Source of the DNA: a bacterium
Lineage (GTDB): Bacteria > UBA8248
DNA: 64,000 nucleotides
Reading direction: 5' to 3'
NCBI GenBank assembly: GCA_965202625.1
Contig: CBDBBI010000010.1
Location: 1,376,001-1,440,000 of the forward strand
The notes beneath the pieces were generated by a model. The model did not search any database and was not told the origin of the DNA. It worked only from the letters and a program-made list of their open reading frames with translations. Positions 50,621 through 60,039 of this stretch are shown piece by piece. A program made the translations under genes and the position numbers. Within the stretch, counting starts at the first letter, position 1; each line of letters starts with the position of its first letter.

Positions 50621-52024
50621 ATGGCTGGAATTACCCGCATAGGCGCGTATATCCCCTTTCATCGGCTGCAGGGCGACACCGTAAGAGCCGTGTGGGGGAC
50701 GGGCGGCGCAAAGGCGTCGCGCCCACTGGCCGGTTTTGATGAAGACGCGATCACCATGGGGGTGGAGGCGTTGATCAATGCCGCCGGCTGGGGCGACTCC
50801 CAAGTCGATTCGCTTTATTTTGCCTCCACGTCCCACCCATACGCCGAGAAGTCAAACGCGAGCGTTCTCGCCGCAGCAGCCGACTTGCCTGAGAAGCTCT
50901 TCACGCTCGACGTGGGCGGATCGGTGCGCGCGGGCGCGTCCGCCCTTAAGGCCGCGTGCGACGCCGTAGAGGCCGGATCATCCAAGGTAGCGGCCGTGGT
51001 GGCGGCGGAGAAAAGGCCCTCGCTTCCGGGAAGTCCTGACGAACTCGGCCTTTGCGATGGCGCGGCGACGCTGCTCCTGGGCAAAGGAGACGAGGTCGCC
51101 GCAGAAATCGAGGCGGTTTATGCGTGGTCTGAGGATTTTATCGACCGGTGGCGGTTGCCGGGCGCGAACGCCGTCTCCGCCGGCGACGCCAAATTCATTC
51201 AGGACTATGGCTACGTGCGCCAGAGCGTCGCCACGGTCGAGGGCTTGCTCAAACAAACGGGCGCCACGAGAGAAGACATCGCCCGCGTGCTGGTCTATGC
51301 CCCCGACCCCCGCGCCCATGTGGCGATTTGCAGAAAATTGGGCTTTCCTGAAAACGCCTATCCCGAGCGACCCCTCGTCGCGCGTTTGGGGGACGCCGGG
51401 GCGGCCGCTCCTCTGCTCTCCCTGATGGACGCGCTCCAAAATGCGGCGCCTGGGGAGCACATCATCGTCGCTGGCCACGGGAGCGGAGGCGATGCCATTT
51501 TGCTGCGCGCGACGGATAAGGTGGACTCCCTCAAGGCGCAGCGCGGCCTTGACTGGTCTTTGGAGCGCGCGCGTCCCATTCAAAATTACGGCCAATGGCT
51601 CCAATATCGCGGCCTCTCTCCCGAGGAGGAAATCAGGCCCTTCTCCTCACCCAGCATTCTGTGGAAGGAAAGCAGGGCGAACATGCGCCTGATGGCGGGG
51701 GTGTGTCGCTCGTGCCGAGAGCTCCAGTATCCTCGGCAACGGGTTTGCAACGCCTGCGGAACGAGAGATGAATGGGATGAGCGAAAACTAAGCCGCCGAG
51801 GGAGAATATTCACCTTCGTCCACGATTATCTGCCCCCATCGCCGGATGGCTTCATCACGATGGCCACGGCTGATATCGAGGGCGGCGGACGATTCTATGG
51901 CCAAATGACGAATCACGTGAGGGACGACGTCCACATCGGCATGGAATGCGAACTCACTTTCAGGCTTCTCCATCAGGGCGATGGGTATTACAATTATTAC
52001 TGGAAACTGCGCCCCGCCAAATAG
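50621..52024 (+). CDS. HMG-CoA-synthase-like domain fused to DUF35 (Zn-ribbon/OB) domain
   Basis: GAYIP..RL, DEDAITM, DGAA, GHGSGGDA; C-terminal CRSC..CNAC, YYWK. Confidence 0.85.
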   Translation: MAGITRIGAYIPFHRLQGDTVRAVWGTGGAKASRPLAGFDEDAITMGVEALINAAGWGDSQVDSLYFASTSHPYAEKSNASVLAAAADLPEKLFTLDVGGSVRAGASALKAACDAVEAGSSKVAAVVAAEKRPSLPGSPDELGLCDGAATLLLGKGDEVAAEIEAVYAWSEDFIDRWRLPGANAVSAGDAKFIQDYGYVRQSVATVEGLLKQTGATREDIARVLVYAPDPRAHVAICRKLGFPENAYPERPLVARLGDAGAAAPLLSLMDALQNAAPGEHIIVAGHGSGGDAILLRATDKVDSLKAQRGLDWSLERARPIQNYGQWLQYRGLSPEEEIRPFSSPSILWKESRANMRLMAGVCRSCRELQYPRQRVCNACGTRDEWDERKLSRRGRIFTFVHDYLPPSPDGFITMATADIEGGGRFYGQMTNHVRDDVHIGMECELTFRLLHQGDGYYNYYWKLRPAK

Positions 52025-52069
52025 AAGTCCCATATTTGCAGGGGGCCACCTTTGTTCAAGGAGTTCGAC

Positions 52070-53266
52070 ATGAGCGGAAGCATCGCTGGAAAAGTCGCTA
52101 TCATCGGCGCCGGCATCACGAAATTCGGAGAGTTGTTCGAGCAAAGCTACAACGATCTCCTGGTGGAGGCAGCCTTCGAGGCTTACGAGGACGCTGGGGT
52201 GAGCGGCGATGACGTCGAAGCCGCGTGGCTGGGCACCTATCTGCCGCTCGGCTGGGGCTTCGACGGGACGGGCGGCCCCTCGCTCGCCGAAGCCTTGAAC
52301 CTCTACCCGAAACCTGTATCGCGGGTGGCGAACTACTGCACCACGGGCATGGAGGCCATCCGCATGGCGGCGATGGCCGTAGCCTCCGGAATGCACGAGG
52401 TCGTCCTTGCCGTCGGTGCCGAGAAGATGCGCGAAGTCCCCCCCCGGGGCAGTCTGGTGGCCCAGCACGTAGAAAAACTCCACCCCATGTATTCCAAGGG
52501 CCGCACGGCGCCCGGAAGCTTTGCCGTCCTCGCAAGGAGGTATTTTGAGGAATTCGGCGCAGGCAAGGAGGATTTGGCCGAGGTGGCTGTGAAGAACCAC
52601 TACCACGGGAGCCTGAACCCGCGTGCGCACTTCAGAAAAGAGATCACCAAGGAGCAGGTGCTCAAGGCTCCCCCCGTGACAGAACCCTTGGGGTTGTATG
52701 ACTGCTGCCCGACGACCGACGGGGCCGCCGCCGTCGTGCTTTGCCGAGCGGATCTGGCCGAGACGCGTTTCGGCAAGAAAGACTACACCCTCATCGAGGG
52801 CATGGGGCTTTCCTGTGCGACGGGCTACATCACCACTGCGTTCAACCCCAGGTTCAATTTCATCGGCTTCGAGGCCACCAAAGAGGCGGCGCGTCAAGCA
52901 TACGAGCAGGCTGGAGTGAACAACCCGCGCGAGGAGATAGACGTCGCGGAAGTCCATGACTGTTTTACGATTACGGAAATTCTGAACTATGAGGACCTGG
53001 GCTTCGTCGAGAAGGGCGAGGGGCCCGATTTCGTCAAGAGCGGCACGAGCAAACTCGGCGGCGCTCTTCCCGTGAACACCTCGGGCGGTCTGAAAAGCTG
53101 CGGCCATCCTATCGGCGCGACGGGTGCCCGCGTGGTGGCGGACCTCACGAACCAGCTCCTCGGGCGTTGTGGCGCGCGACAGGTAAAGGGAGCAAAACGC
53201 GCTCTCGGCCACACTCTGGGCGGCCCAGGCGCCGTCTCCAGCGTATTCGTCCTGAGTCGAAACTAG
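52070..53266 (+). CDS. Thiolase (acetyl-CoA acetyltransferase, SCP-x/archaeal-type)
   Basis: NYCTTG, DCCPTTDGAAA, EVHDCF, NTSGGLKSCGHPIGATG. Confidence 0.92.
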   Translation: MSGSIAGKVAIIGAGITKFGELFEQSYNDLLVEAAFEAYEDAGVSGDDVEAAWLGTYLPLGWGFDGTGGPSLAEALNLYPKPVSRVANYCTTGMEAIRMAAMAVASGMHEVVLAVGAEKMREVPPRGSLVAQHVEKLHPMYSKGRTAPGSFAVLARRYFEEFGAGKEDLAEVAVKNHYHGSLNPRAHFRKEITKEQVLKAPPVTEPLGLYDCCPTTDGAAAVVLCRADLAETRFGKKDYTLIEGMGLSCATGYITTAFNPRFNFIGFEATKEAARQAYEQAGVNNPREEIDVAEVHDCFTITEILNYEDLGFVEKGEGPDFVKSGTSKLGGALPVNTSGGLKSCGHPIGATGARVVADLTNQLLGRCGARQVKGAKRALGHTLGGPGAVSSVFVLSRN

Positions 53267-53400
53267 AGAAACACTACTCAGGCTCGCATCATCACCCGGG
53301 GCGGATCGGGAAGCACCCCCCCTCTCGTCGTTCTCATCCCGAGAAAAAAGGGGGAACCAGGATTTTCGAGAAACAAAACCCCTTCGCTAGACGTTCAGGA

Positions 53401-54114
53401 TCATTTCCGCACGCCGACGTGAAGCGCGGCGACGCCACCCGTCATCGGAAGGTGGCTCACCTCGCAAAAGCCCGCCTCCCGCATCATCTCGGAGAGTCTC
53501 GCCGCTCTCGGGAACTCGCGCGCCGTGCGGGGAAGATAGCCATACGCCGTGGGATGCGCGGAGATGAGCCGCCCGACAAAGGGGAGGAAAATTCCAGAAT
53601 AGAAGGCGTATAAAAATCCAAAAAGACCCTTTGGATGGCCGAACTCAAGAACCACGAGCCTGCCGCCCGGACGCATGACGCGCCCCATCTCGCGCAAGCC
53701 CGTCTCTCGGTGCTCGAAGTTGCGCAGGCCGAAGGCGACGATCACCCCATCGAACGCGCCGTTCAGGAAGGGTAGCCTCAGCCCATCAGCCTGGATCAGC
53801 GAGAGGGCGGCATCGCGATCCAACGCTTTGCGCCGCCCGCGCGCGAGCATCGGAAGCGCGAAGTCAACGCCCAGAACGCACGCGTCTGGCTCGGCTCTCC
53901 GGCAAATCTCAAGCGCCACGTCCGCCGTTCCCGTAGCGAGGTCGAGAAACCGGCAATCCTCCATCTCTTCAAAGCCGTGCAAGAGGCTCGCCACCGCACG
54001 CCTTCGCCAGAAGCGATCCACTCCGAAGCTTAAAATCCGGTTCAGAAGATCATAGGTGGGCGCGATGTCGGAGAACATCGTCCGCACCTCGTCCCGCTTG
54101 ATTCGGGTCGGCAC
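53401..54114 (-). CDS. ubiE: Demethylmenaquinone methyltransferase
   Basis: MF..IA..YD.LN.ILSFG.D..WR, LDLATGTAD, AFGLRN, LEF. Confidence 0.92.
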   Translation of the reverse strand: MPTRIKRDEVRTMFSDIAPTYDLLNRILSFGVDRFWRRRAVASLLHGFEEMEDCRFLDLATGTADVALEICRRAEPDACVLGVDFALPMLARGRRKALDRDAALSLIQADGLRLPFLNGAFDGVIVAFGLRNFEHRETGLREMGRVMRPGGRLVVLEFGHPKGLFGFLYAFYSGIFLPFVGRLISAHPTAYGYLPRTAREFPRAARLSEMMREAGFCEVSHLPMTGGVAALHVGVRK

Positions 54115-54121
54115 GAAGGCC

Positions 54122-54997
54122 TCAGCCCAAGAGGAGTACGTCGACGATCGCGCCAGAGGAGATGACGACGGATACCCAGGCGTTCAGATTGAAGAACGAC
54201 ACGTTTACGCGACTCAAGTCATCCGGGCGCACGATCCAGTGCTCCCAGAACAAGAGGCATCCTGCCGCCGCCAGTCCCAGCCAGTAAAGAGCGCCAAGCC
54301 CGTACGCCCAGCCAGTGAGATAGAAACAGGCCATCGCCCCCAAGTGGACGAAGGAGGAGGCGACGAGCGCACCCCTGACGCCCAGAAGCCGGGGCAGGGA
54401 GTGGATGTCCTCCTCTCTATCGAAATCCACGTCTAGGCAGGCATAGATGAGGTCGAAACCCATCACCCAGAGGGCGACGCCCAGAAAGAGAAAAACGCTC
54501 ACCAGGCTTAAGTCTTCACGCACAGCCACCCATGCGCCCGCAGGCGCGCAACCCAAAACCACCCCCAGAAACAGATGCGTCCAGTAGGTGAAGCGCTTCG
54601 AATAGCAATAGAGGAAGATACCACCCACTACGGCGAAGGAGAGAACGAGAGCGAGCACACTCAGCATCCATGCGGAGAGGAGGAAGAGGGCGAGAAAACC
54701 CGCCAGCATCACCAGAATGGATTTCGAGGCGAGCAACTCCTGAAACTCCGCCCGGTCTTTCGTCCTCGGGTTCTTGGGGTCGAAGTTCTTGTCGGCGAAG
54801 CGGTTAAGGGACATGGCGAAGTTCCGCGCGCCGGTCGCCGCCATCACCATCCAAAAGAGTACCCACGTGGAGGGAAACCCCTTCGCCGCCATCACGCCGC
54901 CCATCAGCACGAAGGGAAGCCCGAAGATGGTATGCTCGAATTTCACCATCCGCAGGAACTGTTCGAGGCTACCGGATAACGACCGATCAGCCGCCAA
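54122..54997 (-). CDS. mqnP: UbiA-family prenyltransferase (MqnP type)
   Basis: KFEHTIF, NRFAD..D..NPRT..R, YSKR, FDLIYACLD..FD. Confidence 0.88.
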   Translation of the reverse strand: MAADRSLSGSLEQFLRMVKFEHTIFGLPFVLMGGVMAAKGFPSTWVLFWMVMAATGARNFAMSLNRFADKNFDPKNPRTKDRAEFQELLASKSILVMLAGFLALFLLSAWMLSVLALVLSFAVVGGIFLYCYSKRFTYWTHLFLGVVLGCAPAGAWVAVREDLSLVSVFLFLGVALWVMGFDLIYACLDVDFDREEDIHSLPRLLGVRGALVASSFVHLGAMACFYLTGWAYGLGALYWLGLAAAGCLLFWEHWIVRPDDLSRVNVSFFNLNAWVSVVISSGAIVDVLLLG

Positions 54998-56450
54998 GGC
55001 CGTATTCCTCCCATCGCCTCGTGACGCGTTCTCTGATCTCCTCCGACATCACGATCTCCGGCGGCCATTCGCGCTCGAAACCCTCGGACGCCCACTTTCG
55101 AGTTCCGTCCACCCCCACCTTGCTGCCCACGTGGAGGCGCGGGGCCGCGTGCTCGAGCGCGTCGACCGGCCCATCGACGAACACCAGGTCGCGCCTCGGA
55201 TCGATGCTCCCCAACACCTTCCAGGAGACCTCGCTGACGTCGCGCACGTCCACGTCCTCATCCACGATCACGATGACCTTCGCGAGTGCCATCTGCCCCA
55301 TCCCCCACAGGGCGAACATTACCTTCCGCGCGTGATAAGGATAGGCCTTTCTGATCGAGACGATGACCATGTTGTGGAATACGCCCTCGGCCGGCATGTG
55401 CACGTCCACGATTTCGGGCAGCTGCATCTTCATCAGGGGCAAGAAGATGCGTCCCGTCGCCCCGCCGAGCCAGTAGTCCTCCATCGGCGGCCTGCCCACG
55501 ATGGTGGTGGGATAGATCGCCTCCCGCCTCCTCGTGATGGCCGTGACCTGAAAGACAGGGTAGTCATCCGCCAGGGAATACCAACCCGTATGATCCCCGA
55601 AGGGGCCCTCTCGTCTGCGCTCGCCCGGGTTCAGGTAGCCCTCCACCACGATGTCGGAGTCGGCGGGGACCTCCACATCCACCGTTTTGCACTTGACCAG
55701 CTCCGCGCTCTTTCGCCTCAGAAAGCCGGCGAGGTTCAATTCATCTATCGCCGGCGGCAGAGGAGCACTCGCGACGTAAACGTAGACCGGATCTCCCCCC
55801 AGGGCGATCGCCATCTCCATCCGCGCACCCATACGGGAGCTTTCCTGAAAATTCTGCGCCCCGTCGTGATGGAGGTGCATGTGCATACCGGCGGTCGTCT
55901 CATCGAAGATCTGCACGCGGTAAAGCCCTACGTTTCTCACGCCGGTTCTGGGGTTTCGCGAGTAGATGTGCCCAAATGTGATGTAGCGTCCCGCGTCCTC
56001 GGGCCAGCACTTGAGAGCGGGGAGAGCGAGGAGGTTCGGGCTTTGCGTCTCCACGACCTCCTGGCAGGGGGCCGCGCTCACCGACTTAGGAGAGAAAGAG
56101 GCAAGCCGGGCAAGTTTGGGCAGCATCTTCACCTTCTCGATGATACCCTTGGGCGGCTTGATCTCCAGAAGCTCCGCCACTTCCTCCGCCACCGCTTCCA
56201 TGCTCTCCACGCCCAGGGCCAGCCTCATCCGCTCATCGGAAGCATAAGCGTTGATGAGGACGGGGACGTCAAACGCGCGCCCGTCGGGGTCGATGGGCTT
56301 CTCGAACAAGAGAGCGGGGCCGCCGCTCTTCACCATGCGGTCCGCGATTTCGGTGATCTCGAGCTCAACGTCCACCGGTGTTTTGACGCGGCGCAAATCA
56401 CCCGCGCGTTCCAGGGAATCGACGAAGTTTCTAAGAGAGGCGTAAGCCAT
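54987..56450 (-). CDS. ubiD: UbiD-family menaquinone biosynthesis decarboxylase (MqnL type)
   Basis: GPALLFE, RNVGLYR, EGPFGDHTG, GRPPMED. Confidence 0.92.
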   Translation of the reverse strand: MAYASLRNFVDSLERAGDLRRVKTPVDVELEITEIADRMVKSGGPALLFEKPIDPDGRAFDVPVLINAYASDERMRLALGVESMEAVAEEVAELLEIKPPKGIIEKVKMLPKLARLASFSPKSVSAAPCQEVVETQSPNLLALPALKCWPEDAGRYITFGHIYSRNPRTGVRNVGLYRVQIFDETTAGMHMHLHHDGAQNFQESSRMGARMEMAIALGGDPVYVYVASAPLPPAIDELNLAGFLRRKSAELVKCKTVDVEVPADSDIVVEGYLNPGERRREGPFGDHTGWYSLADDYPVFQVTAITRRREAIYPTTIVGRPPMEDYWLGGATGRIFLPLMKMQLPEIVDVHMPAEGVFHNMVIVSIRKAYPYHARKVMFALWGMGQMALAKVIVIVDEDVDVRDVSEVSWKVLGSIDPRRDLVFVDGPVDALEHAAPRLHVGSKVGVDGTRKWASEGFEREWPPEIVMSEEIRERVTRRWEEYGLGG

Positions 56451-56631
56451 GGTGATCAAATGCTTTCATAGACGGCGTTTTTCTCGGCGCGTATCGACCT
56501 TCCACCCGCCAAGTTATCAGGTTACGTTCGTCGCCAGTTTCCTCACGCCGAACCAGCTCGGGTCGCTCTCCGTGAAGATGACGGGAGCGCGGAGAATCAC
56601 CTTCTCGTCACCCGCTATTTCTGGAGAAAAA

Positions 56632-56916
56632 CTATTCAATGACACGGGGAACGCGGAAATGCCCCTTTTCAAAGTCAGGGGCCATCTTCTCCATGTTCTC
56701 TATCGGGGACTCGTTGGCTTCATCCTTCCTGAACACGTTCACGATATCAAGAACATGCGAAGTGGGCGGGACGTCCTCTGTGTCCACCTCGTTCAGTCGA
56801 GAGACATGCTCAAGGATTACTCCAAGCTGATCGGTGAATTTCTCGACCTCATCCTCGTTGAGCTCCAGCCGCGCCAGCCTCGACACGTGAAGCACATCCT
56901 CGCACGAAATCGACAT
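56632..56916 (-). CDS. gatC: Asp/Glu-tRNA amidotransferase subunit C
   Basis: V.HV.RLARL, L.EVDT.DV.PT, NVFR.D, F.VPRVIE. Confidence 0.92.
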   Translation of the reverse strand: MSISCEDVLHVSRLARLELNEDEVEKFTDQLGVILEHVSRLNEVDTEDVPPTSHVLDIVNVFRKDEANESPIENMEKMAPDFEKGHFRVPRVIE

Positions 56917-56942
56917 CGCACCTCCCTTTTCCCTTTTCACTC

Positions 56943-59243
56943 TTATACCGCTGGCCTCTGCTTCAAGTCAACGTCCGCATCAACAAGGGTCATCGGCGCA
57001 TGTTTCACCACCAGCTTCTTAGAACCCACTCCTTCGAACTGCACGCTTACTATCTCCCGGTCTCCCGTTCCGCTATGTGAGGAGACGACGCCCAGTCCGA
57101 ACCTCTCATGCCGCACGCGCACGCCAGGGGCGTAGAGACCGAGGGCGGAGGGCGGCGCCTTGGGCGCGTCCTTCCCCCCGGGCCGAAGGGAGACCGGCGG
57201 GTTAGACAGAATCTCCTCATACCGCGCGTCGGAAAAATCACGCGGCCGTCGGAAGTCCGGCGGGGCACCTCTTCTCACCGGCGCATGATCCCCCACCCTC
57301 TTGATGCATTCGTGGTCAAACCCTTCCAGAAACCGGCTAGGCTTTGTCGTCCAAGTCTTCTTCCTTCCTTCCGGGCGGCTCTCCTGCGCCCAGGAGAGGC
57401 ATAAAATTTCCTTCGCCCGCGTCACTCCCACGTAGAGGAGTCTTCTCTCCTCATCCAAGGATGCCGGGTCCTCCAGAGCGCGGCCAAGCGGAATCAACCC
57501 CTCCTGCACGCCAACGATTCCCACGGCGGCGAACTCCAGACCCTTCGCCGCGTGAAGCGTCATCAGCGACAGCGCGCCGCTCTCCGCCTCCAACGCATCC
57601 GCCTCGCCCATCAACGCCAGCTCCTCCAGAAACAAGGTATGTACCTTATCCACATCAGGCGCGACGCCCTCCTCCCGCACCCGCTCTTCAAACGCGGCGG
57701 CAGCCGCAGCAAACTCCCGTGTTCCCTCAAGGGCGCGCGCGGCGCCGCGGCGCCGCTCGGGAGACGCGCTTCTCCGCACGGTCGCCTCCAGCCAGCCCTG
57801 ATAACCCGTCCGATCCAGCAAATCCTCTATCAAACGGACGGGCCCCGCCCTCCGGGAGGCGAGCGCCTCGAACGTTTCCAGCAGCTCTCGAAGGTTCCGC
57901 GCTGCCGCCCCCGTGAGCCGCCCGGCGGCCAAGGCGTCTTTCGCGTCAAGCATCGAGACGCCATTCGATTCATTCGGCGCGATGGCCTTCACACTCTCCG
58001 GCCCCAGACCACGGGGCGGACGGTTGACGATGCGGGAGAAGGCCGCCTCGTCGTCGGGCCTGACGAGCACTCTCAAATAAGCGGCCAAGTCCTGCACCTC
58101 CGCGCGATCATAAAAACGCTGTCCCTTCACTACCTTGTAGGGAATCCCTCGCCTTCTCGCCTCCTCCTCCAAGGGACGCGACTGTCTGTTGGTGCGGTAG
58201 AGAACGGCGACCTCCCCCCAGGGAATTCGCTCACCCGCCCCCGCCTTGATGAAGTGTTCTATGAGCGCTTTCGCCTCCAGAGCCGGGTCTTTCGCCGTCA
58301 GATAGCAAACCGCCTCTCCCGCCGGATTGCGCGTGAAAAGGCGTTTGTCGCGCCGCGCCCCTGTCCCGCCCACGATCTTCGAGGCAACGCGCAGGATCGC
58401 CCCGCTCGAGCGATAATTCTCCTCTAGGCGGAACGCGCGGGCGTCAGGGAATCTGCGCTCAAAGTTCAAGATGTTCTCGACGCGCGCACCCCGCCAGCCA
58501 TAGATCCCCTGATCGTCGTCCCCCACGGCGAACACGCGCCCATTCCCGCGCGCGAGCAGGGCGACCAGCCGATCCTGGACGTGGTTGGTGTCCTGGTATT
58601 CATCGACGAGTATTTCCCCGAACCGGCGCTGATACCTTTCCAGCACATCAGGATGCTTCCGGAACATGGAGAGCGGACGCGCCAACAAATCATCAAAATC
58701 CACGCCGCCCGCCTCGCGCAAGGCGCGTTCATAGGCAGGAGCTACCTTTCGGGCGATTTCCTCCACGCTAAACGCGGGAGGGCGCGCATCTTCCGTATCT
58801 TCGGCAATCTTGCGGCGTCCTATGCACTCCAGAACCGATCTCGGAGGGTAGCGCTCCGCGTTGATTCCCGCCGCCGCCAGACGCGCCTTGAGGAGCGAAA
58901 GGCATTCTGCGCGCGAGAAGATGGTGAAGTCGCGCGAAAGACCCGCCGCCGCCTCGGATCTGAGGATTCGCGCGCACACAGCGTGAAAGGTTCCCACCCA
59001 GACCCCTCTCGCCTCCTCCGCCAGCGCGGCGAAAAGGCGCGCCCGCATTTCACTCGCCGCCTTGTTCGTGAATGTGATGGCCAAAATCTGAGAGGGGGCG
59101 AAGCCCTCGGAGAGAAGATGCAGGATGCGGCGAACGATCACCTGCGTCTTGCCAGAGCCGGCGCCCGCCAGAACGAGATTAGCGCCGGGGGGCGCCAAAA
59201 CCGCCTCTTTTTGCTGGGGGTTCAGGTTTTTCAGATAATCCAT
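56943..59243 (-). CDS. pcrA: UvrD/PcrA DNA helicase
   Basis: AGAGSGKT, TFTNKAA, DEYQDTN, VGDDDQ, NYRS, TLHAAKGLEF, YVGVTRA, C-terminal Tudor-like domain. Confidence 0.93.
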   Translation of the reverse strand: MDYLKNLNPQQKEAVLAPPGANLVLAGAGSGKTQVIVRRILHLLSEGFAPSQILAITFTNKAASEMRARLFAALAEEARGVWVGTFHAVCARILRSEAAAGLSRDFTIFSRAECLSLLKARLAAAGINAERYPPRSVLECIGRRKIAEDTEDARPPAFSVEEIARKVAPAYERALREAGGVDFDDLLARPLSMFRKHPDVLERYQRRFGEILVDEYQDTNHVQDRLVALLARGNGRVFAVGDDDQGIYGWRGARVENILNFERRFPDARAFRLEENYRSSGAILRVASKIVGGTGARRDKRLFTRNPAGEAVCYLTAKDPALEAKALIEHFIKAGAGERIPWGEVAVLYRTNRQSRPLEEEARRRGIPYKVVKGQRFYDRAEVQDLAAYLRVLVRPDDEAAFSRIVNRPPRGLGPESVKAIAPNESNGVSMLDAKDALAAGRLTGAAARNLRELLETFEALASRRAGPVRLIEDLLDRTGYQGWLEATVRRSASPERRRGAARALEGTREFAAAAAAFEERVREEGVAPDVDKVHTLFLEELALMGEADALEAESGALSLMTLHAAKGLEFAAVGIVGVQEGLIPLGRALEDPASLDEERRLLYVGVTRAKEILCLSWAQESRPEGRKKTWTTKPSRFLEGFDHECIKRVGDHAPVRRGAPPDFRRPRDFSDARYEEILSNPPVSLRPGGKDAPKAPPSALGLYAPGVRVRHERFGLGVVSSHSGTGDREIVSVQFEGVGSKKLVVKHAPMTLVDADVDLKQRPAV

Positions 59244-59262
59244 CTGAACGATTCCCGCCTAC

Positions 59263-60039
59263 CTAAACCCTGCGCGGGCCGACGCTTGGTCTGTCCCCGC
59301 AGATGAACTCTTGCGCGCGATATACGCCCTTGGGGACGGATGCGTTCGGCGCCACCCAGCAGCCGGGGCCCAGGAGCGTGCCCGGAGAGGTCACGGCGTT
59401 GCAGCCGATCTCCGCGTCATCGCCCACCACGGCGCCCAGTTTTCCAAGATCGGTGTCGAGAGTCTCGCCGTCGACGCGCAAAACGATGTTTTTTGTCCGC
59501 CGCGTCCTCTTTTCCTCCTCCGTTCTGAACCGGAGATTCGCCAGTTTGACACCCGCGCCCAGGTTCGCCTCCGCGCCCAGAATGCTGTCTCCCACGTATG
59601 CGAAGTGCCCCGCCTGTGCGCCGTTCAAGAACGCGCTGTTCTTCGCCTCCGTCGCATGGCCAACGACGGCGTTCGGCCCAATAAGGCAACCTCCCCTCAA
59701 ATACGCTCCGTGCCTGACCTCAGCCCCCTCGCAAAGAACCGTTGGCCCCTTTATGACGACGCCCGGCTCAATTCGCGCACCCGCCTCCACGAGCAAACCG
59801 ACCGAGACGATTTTGAGTCTTTTCTCCGCGATAAAGGGTCCCTCGCTCATCACCAGCCCCCCCTCTACGCGAAGCGCATCGGCCTCGGCGAGACGAGCGT
59901 CCGCCTCGTTCACCAGCCTCTGGACGAACTCCCCCAGAAGGCCGACCGCCTCCCACACGCGCCCCACGTTCTCGAACAAGGCCGCATGGGGAAATTCGTC
60001 GAGCCTCTGAAAATAGGTTTGCGCCGCCGTCTCTTTCAT
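59263..60039 (-). CDS. Left-handed beta-helix acyltransferase resembling the C-terminal domain of archaeal-type GlmU
   Basis: VRHGAYLRG, HFAYVGDSILG, NLGAG..ANLR, KLGAVVGD; no NTP-transferase domain. Confidence 0.8.
   Translation of the reverse strand: MKETAAQTYFQRLDEFPHAALFENVGRVWEAVGLLGEFVQRLVNEADARLAEADALRVEGGLVMSEGPFIAEKRLKIVSVGLLVEAGARIEPGVVIKGPTVLCEGAEVRHGAYLRGGCLIGPNAVVGHATEAKNSAFLNGAQAGHFAYVGDSILGAEANLGAGVKLANLRFRTEEEKRTRRTKNIVLRVDGETLDTDLGKLGAVVGDDAEIGCNAVTSPGTLLGPGCWVAPNASVPKGVYRAQEFICGDRPSVGPRRV

Noticed and set aside
51788-53212. 474-aa minus-strand ORF
   Set aside because: Antisense shadow of the thiolase in GC-rich DNA
54774-56471. 565-aa plus-strand ORF
   Set aside because: Antisense shadow of ubiD
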